Positions 43,201 through 57,639 are shown, numbered from the stretch's first letter. The stretch is 64,000 bases of DNA from Octopus vulgaris (GCA_951406725.2 OX597821.1:67828001-67892000); one strand, 5' to 3'. The notes: generated by a model not told the origin, from the letters alone. Translations and numbers: made by a program.

Positions 43201-43424
43201 AAATACGCTTCATCAAGAAAAGTACGGAACGCATCGGTTTTCTTCATTATATTGGACAATGTATGTTTTTTGATCATTGGTCTTGTTTAGCCCTATTCCC
43301 AATGTTCTTTTTAGCTCCTGTTTGTCAAGAAAATCCAGTCCTTTTTTATTCCAACAAAGAAAAATGTGTAGGGCTGCATAAAGAAATGTATCCTTCATAT
43401 TTTAAGCATTTTCAATGTGTTTGT

Positions 43425-43840
43425 TATTTTTTTACTGCCCACGAGGAGCTACACATGGAGGGGACAAACAAGGACAGACAAATAGATTAAGTCGATTATA
43501 TCGACCCAGTGCGTAACTGGCACTTATTTAATCGACCTCGAAAGGATCAAAGGCAAAGTTGACCTCGGCGGAATTTGAACTCAGAACGTAGCGGCAGACG
43601 AAATACCTATTTCTTTACAACCCACGAGGGGCTAAACACAGAGAGGACAAACAAGGACAGACAAACGGATTAAGTCGATTATATCGACCCCAGTGTGTAA
43701 CTGATACTTAATTCATCGACCCCGAAAGGACGAAAAGCAAAGTCGACCTCGGCGAAATTTGAACTCAGAACGTAGCGGCAGACGAAATACCTCTAAGCAT
43801 TTAAGCCGGCGTGCTAACGTTTTCGCCAGCTCGCCGCCTT
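43425..43840 (-). mobile_element. SINE family B dimer
   Basis: Junction GACGAAATACCTATTTCTTT at about 43598-43617. Confidence 0.87.
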
Positions 43841-44101
43841 ACTTATCAATGTATTTCTGGATTGCATAATAAAGGAATCCCTTAAGTCTTTCGAAAGAAT
43901 TATTAAGCTATGAGGCAGAGGTGTCACTACTAATGTCCTTTTTTGAGTTGGTATTGATTCGATGGGGCAAATGAAGAATTTAGATATTTGATAACAAGTG
44001 TTGATACAGTTTCAAGAAAACACAAAATACAAAGAATGGTTGATAAAACCGAAATGATAATAACTAGTAAAAGGGAGGAGTAAGAAAATGGTCAACAGAG
44101 A

Positions 44102-44505
44102 GGCGCAGGAGTGGCTGTGTGGTAAGTAGCTTGCTAACCAGCCACATGTTTCCGGGTTCAGTCCCACTGCGTGGCATCTTGGGCAAGTGTCTTCTGCTAT
44201 AGCCCCGGGCCGACCAATGCCTTGTGAGTGGATTTGGTAGATGGAAACTGAAAGAAGCCCGTCGTATATATGTATATATATATATATGTATGTGTGTGTC
44301 TGTGTTTGTCCCCCTAGCATTGCTTGACAACCGATGCTGGTGTGTTTACGTCCCCGTCACTTAGCGGTTTGGCAAAAGAGACCGATAGAATAATACTGGG
44401 CTTACAAAGAATAAGTCCCGGGGTCGATATGCTCGACTAAAGGCGGTGCTCCAGCATGGCCGCAGTCAAATGACTGAAACAAGTAAAAGAGTAAAAGAGT
44501 AAAAG
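44102..44505 (+). mobile_element. SINE family A, full length
   Basis: GGCGCAGGAGTGGCTGTGTGG ... (GTAAAAGA)n tail. Confidence 0.92.
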
Positions 44506-44855
44506 AGGAAGAAAATGGTCCACAGAGCTGAAATAACAGGGTAGTCGCTCCAATAAACTGATGAATTTAGATGTTAGGAAAGAATAATAATAAAAAGGTA
44601 TGAGGCTAAAGAATGTAATAAAATGCTGCATTGCAACAGATGGAACAGTCACAGCAATTCTGGGCGCTGTTTGTAAGATATATAATTGTTATAATAACAA
44701 CAAAAATTGATCCAGAGAAATAGGAATTATAAGTGTCTGTTTTTTTTTTATAGAAATCGTGAGCTTTGAATGCGGAAAGTCAGAAAAAGAATCATTGTAA
44801 CTGAAATAAAATTTTATAGAGAATGGCACAGTTTTGGTGGCATTTAAAATGCACA

Positions 44856-45020
44856 TACTTTACTTTTAAAAGTCTCAAAACATCACACCTGGTTTTATAT
44901 TCGAAGTTGGTAGCGAACGACTATCTCTCGCTAGCGATATAAACACGAGAGATAGTCGTTCGCTACCAACTTCGAATATAAAACCAGGTGTGATGTTTTG
45001 AGACTTTTAAAAGTAAAGTA
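44856..45020. repeat. Perfect inverted repeat, 75-bp arms and 15-bp spacer
   Basis: 44856-44930 is the exact reverse complement of 44946-45020. Confidence 0.95.
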
Positions 45021-45053
45021 GGAGATTATTTATATATATATATATATATATAA

Positions 45054-45502
45054 AATTCAAATTATTACATTATATAAAAGGGCTTAGTAAAATAAATTAC
45101 TTTGCCGCATACTGAACTCATTAGAAATAGCAGCTAAAAAACTTTTTTAAAGCTATTTCCAATACTTAAAGAAAATCTCTCTCATATATAGTGTTTGCTT
45201 AATTCAACTCACAAAAGTTTGGGGGTAAGGACATTAAAAAATCAAATGCTAAGGTTATTTGAGAACGTACGTTTCAAGATTAGTCAAAACAACACTTCTA
45301 TCTTCAGCTCAGAAACTCCTTGGTTTAGATTTGGAAACACTTAGCTGCTATTTCTAATGAGTTCAGTATGCGGCAAAGTAATTTATTTTACTAAGCCCTT
45401 TTATATAATGTAATAATTTGAATTCGCCTTAAATGGTCCCTTTGCATACTGAACACTTGGTGAAATTGATTAATAATTAATTAATTTTACCCTCAATTGT
45501 TG

Positions 45503-45505
<3 letters not shown>
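45054..45505. mobile_element. HHR-bearing element with a perfect 84-bp inversion, between (TA)n tracts
   Basis: 45054-45137 is inverted at 45341-45424; the HHR lies between the arms. Confidence 0.82.
45260..45311 (-). ncRNA. Type I hammerhead ribozyme
   Basis: UGAG-CUGAAGA-U-AGA-agu-GUU-guuuu-GAC-uaa-UCU-U-GAAAC-GUAC-GUU-CUCA. Confidence 0.8.
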
Positions 45506-45557
<52 letters not shown>

Positions 45558-45716
45558 GACGACGGGGTTCTTTCAGTTTCTGTCTACCAAATCCACTCAC
45601 TTTCGTCGGCCCGAGGCTATAGTAGAAAACACTTGCCCATGGTCCCACACTGTGGGACTGAACCCGGAACCATGTGGTTCGTAAGCAAGCTATTTACCAC
45701 ACAGCCACTCCTACGC
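45558..45716 (-). mobile_element. SINE family A head/core
   Basis: GGGACTGAACCCGGAACCATGTGG...CCACACAGCCACTCCTACG. Confidence 0.82.
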
Positions 45717-47404
45717 TTATATATATTATACACACACACACGCACACGAATACATACATATGTTTACCACAGTGACCACAGAGGCGTATATGAATTATTT
45801 TATAACACGGGGAACGTGATTAATGGAGGATTCTTGGTTTAATATACATGATTGTTCCGTCTGAGACAATCAGGCACCAATTGTAAAATAATTTCTCAAA
45901 TCTACCTTGGAATAATTCATTTATCAGGTTCAGTGAAAGCCTATTTTTCTCTGCCGTATCACGCTTTACTGAATCATTGCTCTCGTTTACAGTTGATGAC
46001 AGCTTTTATTGGCGTGAGAAGATATACACTTTAGAAACTGTGGACCAATAAAAACGATTTCATGGCTTGGTTACACTAGGGGGAAAGAATTTGGTCGCAG
46101 TATGGATGAACAAATCTTTTGACCCGTCCTCCTCTCCTGCAGGCTATAACTATCTTGAAACGTTTAGGTTCTTTTTTTTTCTCTTTTTATTTTTACTTTT
46201 TTATGTTGTTGCTAATATGGTTAGTTTCGTTGTTATTTAGTTGCTTTTTATTTTCTTTTGAATTTCCCTTCTTCTGGCTATATCTTATTTTATGGTTTAT
46301 CGTTATTTTATTTTTGTTCAAAGAAGATACTGTTGCCTGCAAATGTAGCGGAATATTGCGTATATAACGATCAAGCACGAACATACGCACATACACACAG
46401 AGGCATACACACACACACACACACAAGCATACACACAGACTTACATCCACATATACATATATTTGTGTGTATGGATTCGTGTGTATATGTATGTATAGAT
46501 ATATAAGTGAATCTCTGAGTGTATACACATAGATACATATATATATATATATATACATATATGTGTGTGTGTAAATGTTACATACACACACACGCGCGCA
46601 CGCACACACACATACACACATTCACACACAAATGGTCCATATATATCTCTCAAGGTTGATCATAATTAGTCTAAACCAGATATTTTCCACTGAAAGTGCT
46701 CAAAATATGTTCAGCTTTTCAAACACACGTGTTATGTGGTAATCCGCATAGAGAAAATTGTTCTTAACAGCGGTGTTAAATTGTTTCCTGTTTACTTTCA
46801 GATTTAGAATTCTTATAAATAATTTTTCTCTCGAGCATTTTTCTACCTGTATTTTGAAAAATTGTATATTTTGAATTCTCCATTTGCATTAATGTATGCT
46901 TGTTCGCTACATGCAGCATTCCCAGGAGATGAAGCATCGATATGTTGTACACGTTACTCAACTTCGTGTATTCATTTTTATCCTGTCTGTCCGATATAAT
47001 TCTCTTTGCTTTACGTAATTATACAACCCTTCCAGTATTTATTTCACTCTGGAACTTATTCTATTGAGAAGGTACGCGTGTTAGCAGTTATGGTGTTTGG
47101 CTGATGATTATAAAGTTCTGACTGTAGTTCCTGGTTCCATTAACCCGTTGTGTCCTGGAGCAATGTACTTCATTTCCTAAAAGGTCAATCTACTCAGGAG
47201 TACACAAAATACAGCTCGTGGGTTTCAGAGCTTCTCCTACTAACTATGACGTCTATGTACCGCTGTGTTAAATGTGTAGGGGATGATAGCGAGTCTATGT
47301 CTACTCGCTATAAGACACCTAAGACAATGGGTGAAATTATGCTACTTGTTATCGAGCCATACCCGATCGAAAATAACAGTTGTCTGTTCTAGACTAATTT
47401 CATT

Positions 47405-48110
47405 ACTCTTTTTACTCTTTTACTCTTTTACTTGTTCCAGTCATTTGACTGCGGCCATGCTGGAGCACCGCCTTTAGTCGAGCAAATCAACCCCGGGACT
47501 TATTCTTTTGTAAGCCCAGTACTTATTCTATCGGTCTCTAAGTAACGGTAGCAATTTCTTCAATGTTTACGTTACGTTTTAAAACAAAGGAACACAATTT
47601 TACGAAACGTTTTAAACCGATATACGAAACGGGATCCGGACAAAAAAACCCTAGGTCAAAAAGCCCCAGGACAGAACCACCTCGGACAAAATCCCCTTAG
47701 TTAAAGTGCGAAAGCGGACAAAACCTTCTCTCTCTCTCTCTCTCTCTTTATTCTTTACTCTTTTACTTGTTTCAGTCATTTGACTGCGGCCATGCTGGAA
47801 CACCGCCTTTAGTCGAGCAAATCAACCCCAGGACTTATTCCATCGGTCCATTTGGCCGAACCGCTAAGTTACGGGGACGTAAACACACCACCATCAGTTG
47901 TCAAGCGTTGTTGTGTGGACAAACACAGACAAAGATACACACACACACACACATATATATATACATATACATATATACGATGGGCTTCTTTCAGTTTCCG
48001 TCTACCAAATCCACCCACAAAGCTTTGGTCGGCCCGAGGCTATAGTAGAAGACACTTGCCCAAGGTGTCGTGTCACGCAGTGGTACTGCGCCCGGAACCA
48101 TGAATTTTGT
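47405..48110 (-). mobile_element. Two SINE family A copies (tail at 47405-47540; near-full copy at 47750-48110)
   Basis: Family tail and core motifs. Confidence 0.8.
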
Positions 48111-48834
48111 AAGCAAACTACATTAGACTGCGGCCATACTGGGGCACCGCCTTGAAAATTTTTTAGTCGAATGGATCAACCCCGATTTTTTCTATTTTTT
48201 TTCTTTTTACTTGTTTCACTCATTAGAGAACATTGAGGAGCAATAAGCTTTAAGAGCTATTTCTAGCAGGCTGATTTTAATGTAATAGAGTCCCACGTTG
48301 CATCGTGAAGATGTTATGGTTATAAAGAATGAGAGTCTAAAACGGATGGGTCCAATCCACAATGTTTTTGATATTTAGCCCCCGGTCAGTGTTAACTCTG
48401 CAGACCTATATTTTTGTAATATTACGGACAACAATGGATCCTGCCATTTCTATTTTCTTTCGTTTAAATGTGATAACGATTAGTTTGAGCTCAGTTTGGC
48501 TGTTATTTGTATCAGATCAACCGACGTTATAGAGACTTCTCTCGGTGGCTGGCTTCAACATTGCTGTTGAAATATGAATATGTATTTTCTCATGAATGAG
48601 AAAATGTTATAACGATGTTTCTCTGAAAATATCATTGATGATCACGACTTGGCCAAGTTCGGGAATCTAGCCAACTCATTTGGCATAACTAGAGAAACAA
48701 ATATGTTTGTTGAATGATATATAAGACAGCTACAACAAATATTGGTTTCTCTTAAGTGCAATGACATTTTAAGTTGCAGTTTTTGTTGTTTTTTTCCTCA
48801 TGATGGTGAAAATGATGATGTTGTTGTTATTGTT

Positions 48835-49160
48835 CTAGTTTAAGCCCCCGGACAGCTCTGATCAAGCAGATCTGTGATCAAAGCTATTCCAGCTGTTATG
48901 AACACGTCTTTGTTGTTGTTGTTTAACCCCAGGTCATCACTGATCAAGCAGATCTATGATCAAAGGTGTTCCAGTTATGATCAACCGCATTTGTTGTTGT
49001 TGTTGCTGTTACTGCGGCTACAGTTTGTGTTACTGTCGTTGTTATCGTTGTTGTTCTTCTTGTTGGTGTCGTCATCATCGTTGTCATCGTTGTTGTTCAG
49101 AGTCTGTTCCACTATGATCGGACACACCGAAGATCAAAAGCGTTCCAGCTATGACCATAT
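48835..49160 (-). repeat. Three diverged copies of a ~65-bp retro-tail-like unit followed by (CAA)n
   Basis: CTGATCAAGCAGATCT(G/A)TGATCAAAG...TTCCAG repeated, each preceded on + by GTT repeats. Confidence 0.55.
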
Positions 49161-49343
49161 ACCCGGGAATACGTTTTTAATGCTTTCTTTCCTGTTTTTT
49201 TTTTTTTTCATTTCTCATTTCTTCATTCAATATGCTATGGTGCAATTTTGGGAATTTTTTACTTGCTATTTTTAGCCGATCGAGTAACCAACTGATTTTC
49301 TTTCTCGCTGTCTGAAGGCCTCCAGATGCTTATTTTTCGTCTA

Positions 49344-49539
49344 TAGGCGTAGAAGTGGCTGTGTGGCAGGTATCTTGCTTACAAACCACATAGTTCCGAG
49401 TTCAGTCCCACTACGTGACACCTTGGGCAAGTGTCTTCTACTATAGCCTCGGGACAACCAAAGCCTTATGTGTGGATTTGGTAGACGGAAACTGAAAGAA
49501 GCCCGTCGTATATATGTATATATATATATATATATATGT

Positions 49540-49578
<39 letters not shown>

Positions 49579-49777
49579 TGTGTCTGTGTTTGTCCTCCAA
49601 CATCGCTTGACAACCGATGCTGGTGTGTTTACGTCCTCGTAACTTAGCGGTTCTGCAAAAGAGACTGATAGAATAAGTACTAGGCTTACAAAGAATAAGT
49701 CCTCGGGTCGATATGCTCGACTAAAGGTGGTGCTCCAGCATGGCCACAGTCAAATGACTGAAACAAGTAGAAGAGTA
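49344..49777 (+). mobile_element. SINE family A, full length
   Basis: Head, core, internal TA/TG tract and tail. Confidence 0.9.
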
Positions 49778-50408
49778 TAATTCACGGTTGTAAGCAATGC
49801 TGCTACTGCAAACCAACGAACGAATTTCTGTGCAGTGGTGGAAGGCAAAAAAGAAAATATAAACGCCCTATCTTTTCACGTTACATTCTACTATACAACT
49901 TTGCATAATGAAGGATAATTCAATTATTTACTTTTTATTTCGGCCATATTATATTTGTGTTAGTCAACGTCTTTCGTTCTTCTAAATCATACAGTGTGGT
50001 ATGCTTTGGCTGCTTGTTAGTAGGTTTACAACACTGAACGACAGTGTACTGTAGCGGTTAGTTCGTTGCAGAGGTGTTATTGCAGTAGTTTGAGATCTTT
50101 TACCTACTGCTGGCGTCATCTGTGGCCTCAATGTTGTTGATTTTATTAATATTACTCACTGGGTTCATCATGTTATTACAGTTGTTGTACACTGTACTTA
50201 ACAACGTTTCTGATTTTGCTACTATGTTACTGTCGTTCCTTAAAGGTGATGGCTCATAGCCTAGACGTTATGGCTGTTTGTCTCACAACCTTAGGGTAAT
50301 GGACCCGATACTTCGGCCAGGTCATACGTTGTACCCTTCAGCAAAGCATTTCATTTCATCTTAGTCAAAGCGACTGAAAACAAATACAGACCAATGTTAC
50401 TGGTGCAG

Positions 50409-50549
<141 letters not shown>

Positions 50550-51336
50550 GCCTTACATCTGTTCCTCAATTTTACCATCTTACTGATTGCAGGGCAGAGA
50601 GGTTAAATATATGACTGCTCATGATTATAACGGTTATTGTTGCTATGGTTAACAGTTTTGTTCATGTTACTGTCGTTCACTGTGTTGGTGTTATCTGTGC
50701 TGTTCATTTTGCTCTGGGTTGTTCAATAATATTTGATATATCGTTGAGGTTTTTGAATATGCGTATAGTCACTGCCGAAAACTTTTTAGAGAGCCTCCGA
50801 AACTGGTAAGACGGCGGGAGAAAATTATCGTCAAACAAATTCTTATAACATAGAGTTTTCCTGTAAAAGAACCCAAGTTTGTGTTGGTAGACCGGGCGAT
50901 GGACCGAGTCGACGATTCAAATAGTTTACAAGAGTGATATGAAGTCAGAACATACCCAATCGTAATGAATACTATAAGGATTCTGATTCCAGGTTTCTAC
51001 GTTCCGTTAACAGATCACTCTGAATTGCTACGTTTCATTGAGAGAAAAAGTAAGGAAGGATATTAATGGTATAGATTACTACTACTCAAAGTGGTGGTGC
51101 ACCGACTGGTGCCGGTCCGCGAGCCTTTAGCTACCGGCACGCGGCGAGTTTCCAAAAAAGAATGCAACATTATAAAATGCTTATGTAATATTGTATTATT
51201 TGTTTACAAAACAAATATAAGATTCAAATATTGTCAATATTTATTATATTCATTATATATATTGTTTCCGGTATGAATTAATATTCTTTACATTATTTAC
51301 AATTGACAGATATTTGTCCTCATCTTCTTTGTTATT

Positions 51337-51382
51337 AATACAACGTTTCGGTTGATATACCCACCAGCCTTCATCAGGTGTC
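51337..51382 (-). ncRNA. Minimal hammerhead of the tRNA-module PLE family
   Basis: GACAC-CUGAUGA-A-GGCUGG-uggguaua-UCAACC-GAAAC-GUU-GUAUU, within PLE end 51270-51427. Confidence 0.7.
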
Positions 51383-51465
51383 TTGGGTACATTTCGAACC
51401 TGGGTTCTCATTGCTAAGGTATTTTTCGTTGTTGTTGTTGTTGCTGTTGTTGTTGTTGTTGTTGC

Positions 51466-51552
<87 letters not shown>

Positions 51553-51595
51553 CATTATATATATATATATATATATATATGCACATACGTATATA

Positions 51596-52142
51596 CAAAG
51601 TGACACTGGGGTAAAATATATGAAGCCCAGTATACCCATCATGACTACCCGTCAGATAAGTGTACACTAGACACATGCATCACAACCATATGTGCGCGAC
51701 ATGGTGATCTCATATCAAGATAAACAGCGCATGACCTTGCAGGTGGGACCCAGTTAGAATTTTCTTCTGGTCGAGTAACCCATCCCGCTCAAAAGGTCCC
51801 TGAATAAGGATTGTTTAAGGATGTTGAACGAAACACCCATGTTTCCAGATGTGAATTATTCAAACTCCAAAGAATCCCTCACTACTTCTGCTCATAATCA
51901 GAGATGCACATATCATTAGCCTCTAAGGGACATGGTCAACTGGTTAAGGTCAGACAACTGACAAGCAAACCTATGATATTGAGCAGAAAATATTTGCTGT
52001 AGCCCATCTTTTATACAAAAACAAAACAATGTACATGATAACACTCCCAATACAAAGACAAAACAATTTACATGATATCACTTCCAATCAGTTAAGATCA
52101 GAAGCCACGAGAGTCACTGCCTGGTACTGCATCAGAGCATTT
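51596..52142 (-). mobile_element. Family E repeat copy
   Basis: Homologous to 52317-52875, with small indels. Confidence 0.82.
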
Positions 52143-52191
52143 ATTGTTGTTGTTGTTGTTGTTATTGTTATTGTTATTGTTATTGTTATTA

Positions 52192-52279
<88 letters not shown>

Positions 52280-52316
52280 TACTACTACTATTATTATTAT
52301 TATTATTATTATTATT

Positions 52317-52871
52317 GAGTGAGCGAGCAGAGCATGCCATCAAAGTGACACTGGGGTAAAATATACGAAGCCCAGTATACCCATCATGACTACCCGTCTG
52401 ATAAGGGTACACCAGGCACATGCATCACAACCATATGTGCGCGACATGGTGATCTCATATCAAGATAAACAGCACATGACCTTGCAGGTGGAGCCCAGTT
52501 AGAATTTTCTTCAGATCGAGTAACCCATCCTGCTCAAATGGTCCCTGAATAAGGGTTGTTTAAGGACGTTGAACGAAACACCCATGTTTCCAGAGGTGAA
52601 TTATTCAAACCCCAAAGAATCCTTCTCAACACATGGCTATGATGCTCCCCCACTACTTCTGCTCGTGATCAGAGATGCACATATCGTCAGCCACTAAGGG
52701 AACATGCTCAACTGGTTAAGGTCAAACAATTGACAAGCAAATCTGTGGTATTGAGCAGAATATTTGCTGTAGCCCATCTTTTATACCAAGACAAAACAAT
52801 GTACATGATAACACTTCCAATCAGTTAAGATCAGAAGCCATGAGAGCCACTGCCTGGTACTGCATCAGGGC

Positions 52872-52875
<4 letters not shown>
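52317..52875 (-). mobile_element. Family E repeat, longest copy, within (TTA)n
   Basis: Three copies in the window; no convincing ORF. Confidence 0.85.
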
Positions 52876-52941
<66 letters not shown>

Positions 52942-52944
<3 letters not shown>

Positions 52945-53372
52945 TAGTTTTATTTTTATAGCGTGCTTTCACTTCACTACCGAGCGCAGCTCTGTGTGCC
53001 TTGGCTATGTGCTGTGATTTGTCGTGATGCTCTGATGGTTATTGTATGGAAAGTGTTCTGCGTAGGATGTGTGCAGTGCCTAGTAGTGCAATTTTCTGTA
53101 TGTTATATGTGTTTGTAAGTCCTGGTGTTTTTGTTATGTATTTGTCTGAATATTTTTTATCATGCCTAATGCACTTACTATGATAGGAATTTTTCTGTTT
53201 TTATATTCCACATTCTGGTTACCTCTATTTCCAGGTCTTTGTATTTTGAGAGTTTCTCCATTTCTTTTAGAGACACGCTGTCATCTGCCGGTATTGATAC
53301 ATCAATTAGAAAGCATTTTTTTTCTTCATGATCTCTGACAACTATATCTGGTCTGTTGCCTTAATTTCGCTC
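52942..53372 (-). mobile_element. 3' end of an R4/Dong-like non-LTR retrotransposon (RLE endonuclease)
   Basis: RPDIVVRDHEEKKCFLIDVSIPADDSVSLKEMEKLSKYKDLEIEVTRMW...IQKIALLGTAHILRRTLSIQ* with frameshifts, then 3' UTR and (TAA)n. Confidence 0.88.
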
Positions 53373-53451
53373 TTATTATTCTTATTTCTCTCTTATTATT
53401 ATTGTTATTATTATTATTATTATTAATATTATTATTATTATTATTATTATA

Positions 53452-53601
<150 letters not shown>

Positions 53602-54634
53602 TTCATTAGTAGTAGCTGCAGCAAGGTGAGTGTCATTATTATCTTTCTAATTCGTTTACATCATCTGTACGTTTTTTTTCCTTCTTTCTCTCATTTAAAA
53701 ACTTTGTATTTTGTTTCATATTTAACCTCCAGACTCTTCCTGTTTATCCTAAAATTGTCTCCTCGTTGACTGTACTTACTGCTGCGGCTGTCGTTGCTGT
53801 TCTGTTGTTGCTGTTACTGTTGCTGTTGTTATTGTTATTGTCACCGTTATCTCTTCCACACCCCGACACCTTTCCATCGAAAAGCATTTTTTTTCTTGTT
53901 CTACTTCCGTTCCATCATTTTTTTTTATCTTTCTTTCGTTATTAGAAAAAGTATTTTCGATTTCTTTCCTATGAATTTTCGTTTACTAAACTATAGCTAT
54001 AATCGTTATTCCTGTTGTTGTTGTTGTTGTTGTTGTTGTTGCTCTTCTTCTTCTTCTTCTTCTTCTTCTTCTTCTTCTTCTTCTTCTTCTTCTTCTTCTT
54101 CTTCTTCTTCTTCCCATTCTTCTTCCCCTTCTTCCTCTTAAGAGTTTCTTGTATTTTCCCTTATAAACTTCATATTCTTTTCGTATCTTTATTTTTATTT
54201 TATAGTTCAATACTCATCGTCCTCATCATCTGCTCCTACATCCACCTCTTATTTTTCTATCAGACCCGCCATCTTTCTATTATGGCTTTATATAATTTTC
54301 GTTGTTACAAATATGGTTTTTTTATATATATTTTATTTTATCGATGTAGCAACATTCTTCGTTTTTCTTTTTCCTTGTTTAACACAATCAATTTGTGTAC
54401 ACTTACGACCCATACGACAGCTGTTTACAATATGTGGACATCTTTCAACAAATATTTCTCTCTCATTTTATCTTTTTTTCTTGCATTCTCTATTTCCAAC
54501 TCAATACGCATATATATATATATATATATATATACATACATACATACATACACACATACATACATATCTGCATATAAAAAGCATGTATGTATACATATAT
54601 ATACATATATATACATACATATATATTTATATAT

Positions 54635-54635
54635 G

Positions 54636-54668
<33 letters not shown>

Positions 54669-54831
54669 GCACACACATATATATACATATTTATATATAT
54701 TTATACACACATACATATATATATACATCTTTATATATATATATATATATCATATATACTTGCATACCGTCATATATATATACATACACACGTATATATA
54801 TATGTATACAAACATATATATATATATACAT

Positions 54832-54865
<34 letters not shown>

Positions 54866-55032
54866 ATGTATATATATATATATATGTTTGTATACATATA
54901 TATATACGTGTGTATGTATATATATATGACGGTATGCAAGTATATATGATATATATATATATATATATAAAGATGTATATATATATGTATGTGTGTATAA
55001 ATATATATAAATATGTATATATATGTGTGTGC

Positions 55033-55065
<33 letters not shown>
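54635..55065. repeat. Palindrome of compound microsatellite centred on (TA)n
   Basis: CTTGCATACCGTC / GACGGTATGCAAG and all interruptions are mirrored about 54850. Confidence 0.88.
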
Positions 55066-55074
<9 letters not shown>

Positions 55075-56019
55075 CTTACATGCCGTCATACATATATACA
55101 TACATACACACGTGTGTGTGTGTGTGTGTGTATTGCATAGTGTATAGTGTATTTATTTATAAGTACAAACATTACATTTAACCATCTATGTATTTCCTTT
55201 CATTTTCTGTCACTTTTCTGCAAGTATTTTTGTCAGTTTTTGAATTCCTGATTTGTAAAATGTCTTGGGTCTTGAATTCAAATTTCTATTTCATTCATTT
55301 TTTATGTTCCCTGCACACTTGCTTTTACCAAGAAAAAAAATCTTTAATAAATTGAAGTCTGACGCAGCAAAGTCTGGAGAATATGGAATCCGTAACCTTT
55401 TCCTCAACCGAGCAATTCAAGAACATTTTTAATGAATTCCGCGGTTTGAGGTCGAACAATAAACTTAATAAAAAAGAATCACCTCTCCAGTTTATTAAGA
55501 CGGGAAGTTTTCTATGCAAAACAGTCATCAAACAGTGAAGTTGCTGACCGTGGACTTCAGACGTTAATTCCGCCCCAAAAGATCATAATGAATAATTACT
55601 TCCATACTCTACCAAAACACTGAATAATATCGTTTTTGGATGTGGTACAGGTTTTTGATTTAGAGATTTAGCCACTGTCTGTAGCGGTTTACATTGCTAT
55701 CTAAAAATCCATTTATCATCTCCAATTACCATCCGGTTTCAAAGTGGTGCTTGGGTGTTACATGTATGGAACGATTGGGAATAGTTATGATTTTGTTGAC
55801 GATTTGCACTGAAAGAGCACAAAGAATCCATTTTCCTAACTTTGAATTTTTTTTTTTTTTTTTACTAATAAGCTTTTTTAAATTACTATAAATGGTTACT
55901 TTTTTTGTTTTTTTCCCTGAGTCTTAGAATTTATAAGTCTGCTTAATTGGTCTGTATGGTGTTTGAGTGACCGAGGTTATTAAATGTGACACCGGCTCGT
56001 TCCAGGGTTCGAAACCAGT

Positions 56020-56215
56020 AATCATTTTAGGAGAAGGGGCAAGTTGGTTGCATCAAGCCCGTTATTTCACTAGAACTTTATTTTATTGATCCTGGAGGGA
56101 TAAAAAGCACAGTTAGTTGACATCGGCGGAATTTGAACTCAGGACGTAAGGAACCGGAAGAAATACTACTAAGAATTTTGAACGATGCACTTATGATTCT
56201 GCCAGCTCGCCATCC
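56020..56215 (-). mobile_element. Diverged SINE family B
   Basis: CGGCGGAATTTGAACTCAG...GATTCTGCCAGCTCGC. Confidence 0.7.
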
Positions 56216-56413
56216 TAGATGGTCATATTACAAATATTGAATTCGGTAGAAGCTCGCTTCTGTCACAGCAGGATTATACAAAGCTTGTGTGCGTGTGTGA
56301 GCAAATGTTTACATATATTATTGTATTTAAAAAATTGTCTGGTTTGTGTGTGTGGTTTGCGAATGTGTTCGTTTGCTTCGCTCTCTTTTGCTGTATACAA
56401 TTATGGATGTATG

Positions 56414-56650
56414 CAATTTCGAACCTGGGTTCTCTATTCAGGTCACTGCCTGGAATCGAAGTCGGAATCTTGGGGTTAGTAGCCTGCGCTCTAAACCACT
56501 TTGCTATATGCCCGTGGGCAACTATGGAGTAAATTTTTAGGGCTTATAAATCTAATATGCCCCTATCCTTCCTTAATACCTGTTCCCATATGCAGTTCAT
56601 ATCTGCATTCTGTCTGCTTAGGAGGTTATGGTGACATATTTCTTTCTGCA
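56414..56650 (-). mobile_element. PLE 3' fragment (GIY-YIG end plus tRNA-like module)
   Basis: NLLSRQNADMNCIWEQVLRKDRGILDL*, then the tRNA-like module at 56441-56513 and GAGAACCCAGGTTCGAAATT. Confidence 0.8.
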
Positions 56651-57380
56651 TATACAGTGAATATATGTATTTACGCATTGGTATATTCACTATAAATATA
56701 TAATCACAGACAGGTATATACTGTGCATCGTAATTGAACAGGTGCAACAGCTTATTTCTTATGAACACACAAACTGAAACTCTTGTAGCAAAGTATGCGT
56801 AGTGGCACACACAAACACTCACACACATACAGATGTATAATCGCATATACTGGTATATGCAGACATCCAGAAATACAAAGGGTCACCGACTCAACGGAGT
56901 AAGAGCACCTAATAATGATGGTATGATCATTATATGTTTATATTGCTCCCTGGAAAGTTCGCGATCGAATTGAACTCTTGAATCAACCTCTGTTTCAAAA
57001 CTGTAACTATAACATATGGAGTGTGATCGGGTTTTCTTATCCACGCACGACTTGGTAAAGTACCAGCTGGAGTGTAATTATTTGTATTCGTTGAGCTGGC
57101 AAAATCGATAGAGCATCGGGAAAACAAGAGTTGCGACTCATACAAAAATGGTAAACTGGGAGACTAAAACGGTATTTGAAGTTAGAGGAAGAAGATTTGT
57201 ACAATTGTCCACCCCGTCTTCCAGATCATCCGTACATGAGCAGAAGTACCGCATGTAACGATGCTGTTTCTTCTTGCTCTGTACAGACAACTTGATCACT
57301 CCAGAACAACACCATAAAATATTTTGTACTTTTATTTACATTATTTGAACCTAGGTACTCATCCCTACGGTAGTTTTCGA

Positions 57381-57450
<70 letters not shown>

Positions 57451-57543
57451 GTCATTTACTTTTAATCTGCATGTTTGATGCAATTACTTGCCGGGACACA
57501 CCCAGCGACCTAGGGCAAGTGAAGGTTAAGAGTTGTTGAAATA

Positions 57544-57639
<96 letters not shown>

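Noticed and set aside
51078-51150. hAT-like terminus TACTACTCAAAGTGGTGG
   Set aside because: No partner TIR or TSD seen.
56750-56792. CUUAUGA...GAAACUCUUGUA
   Set aside because: Stems I and II do not pair.
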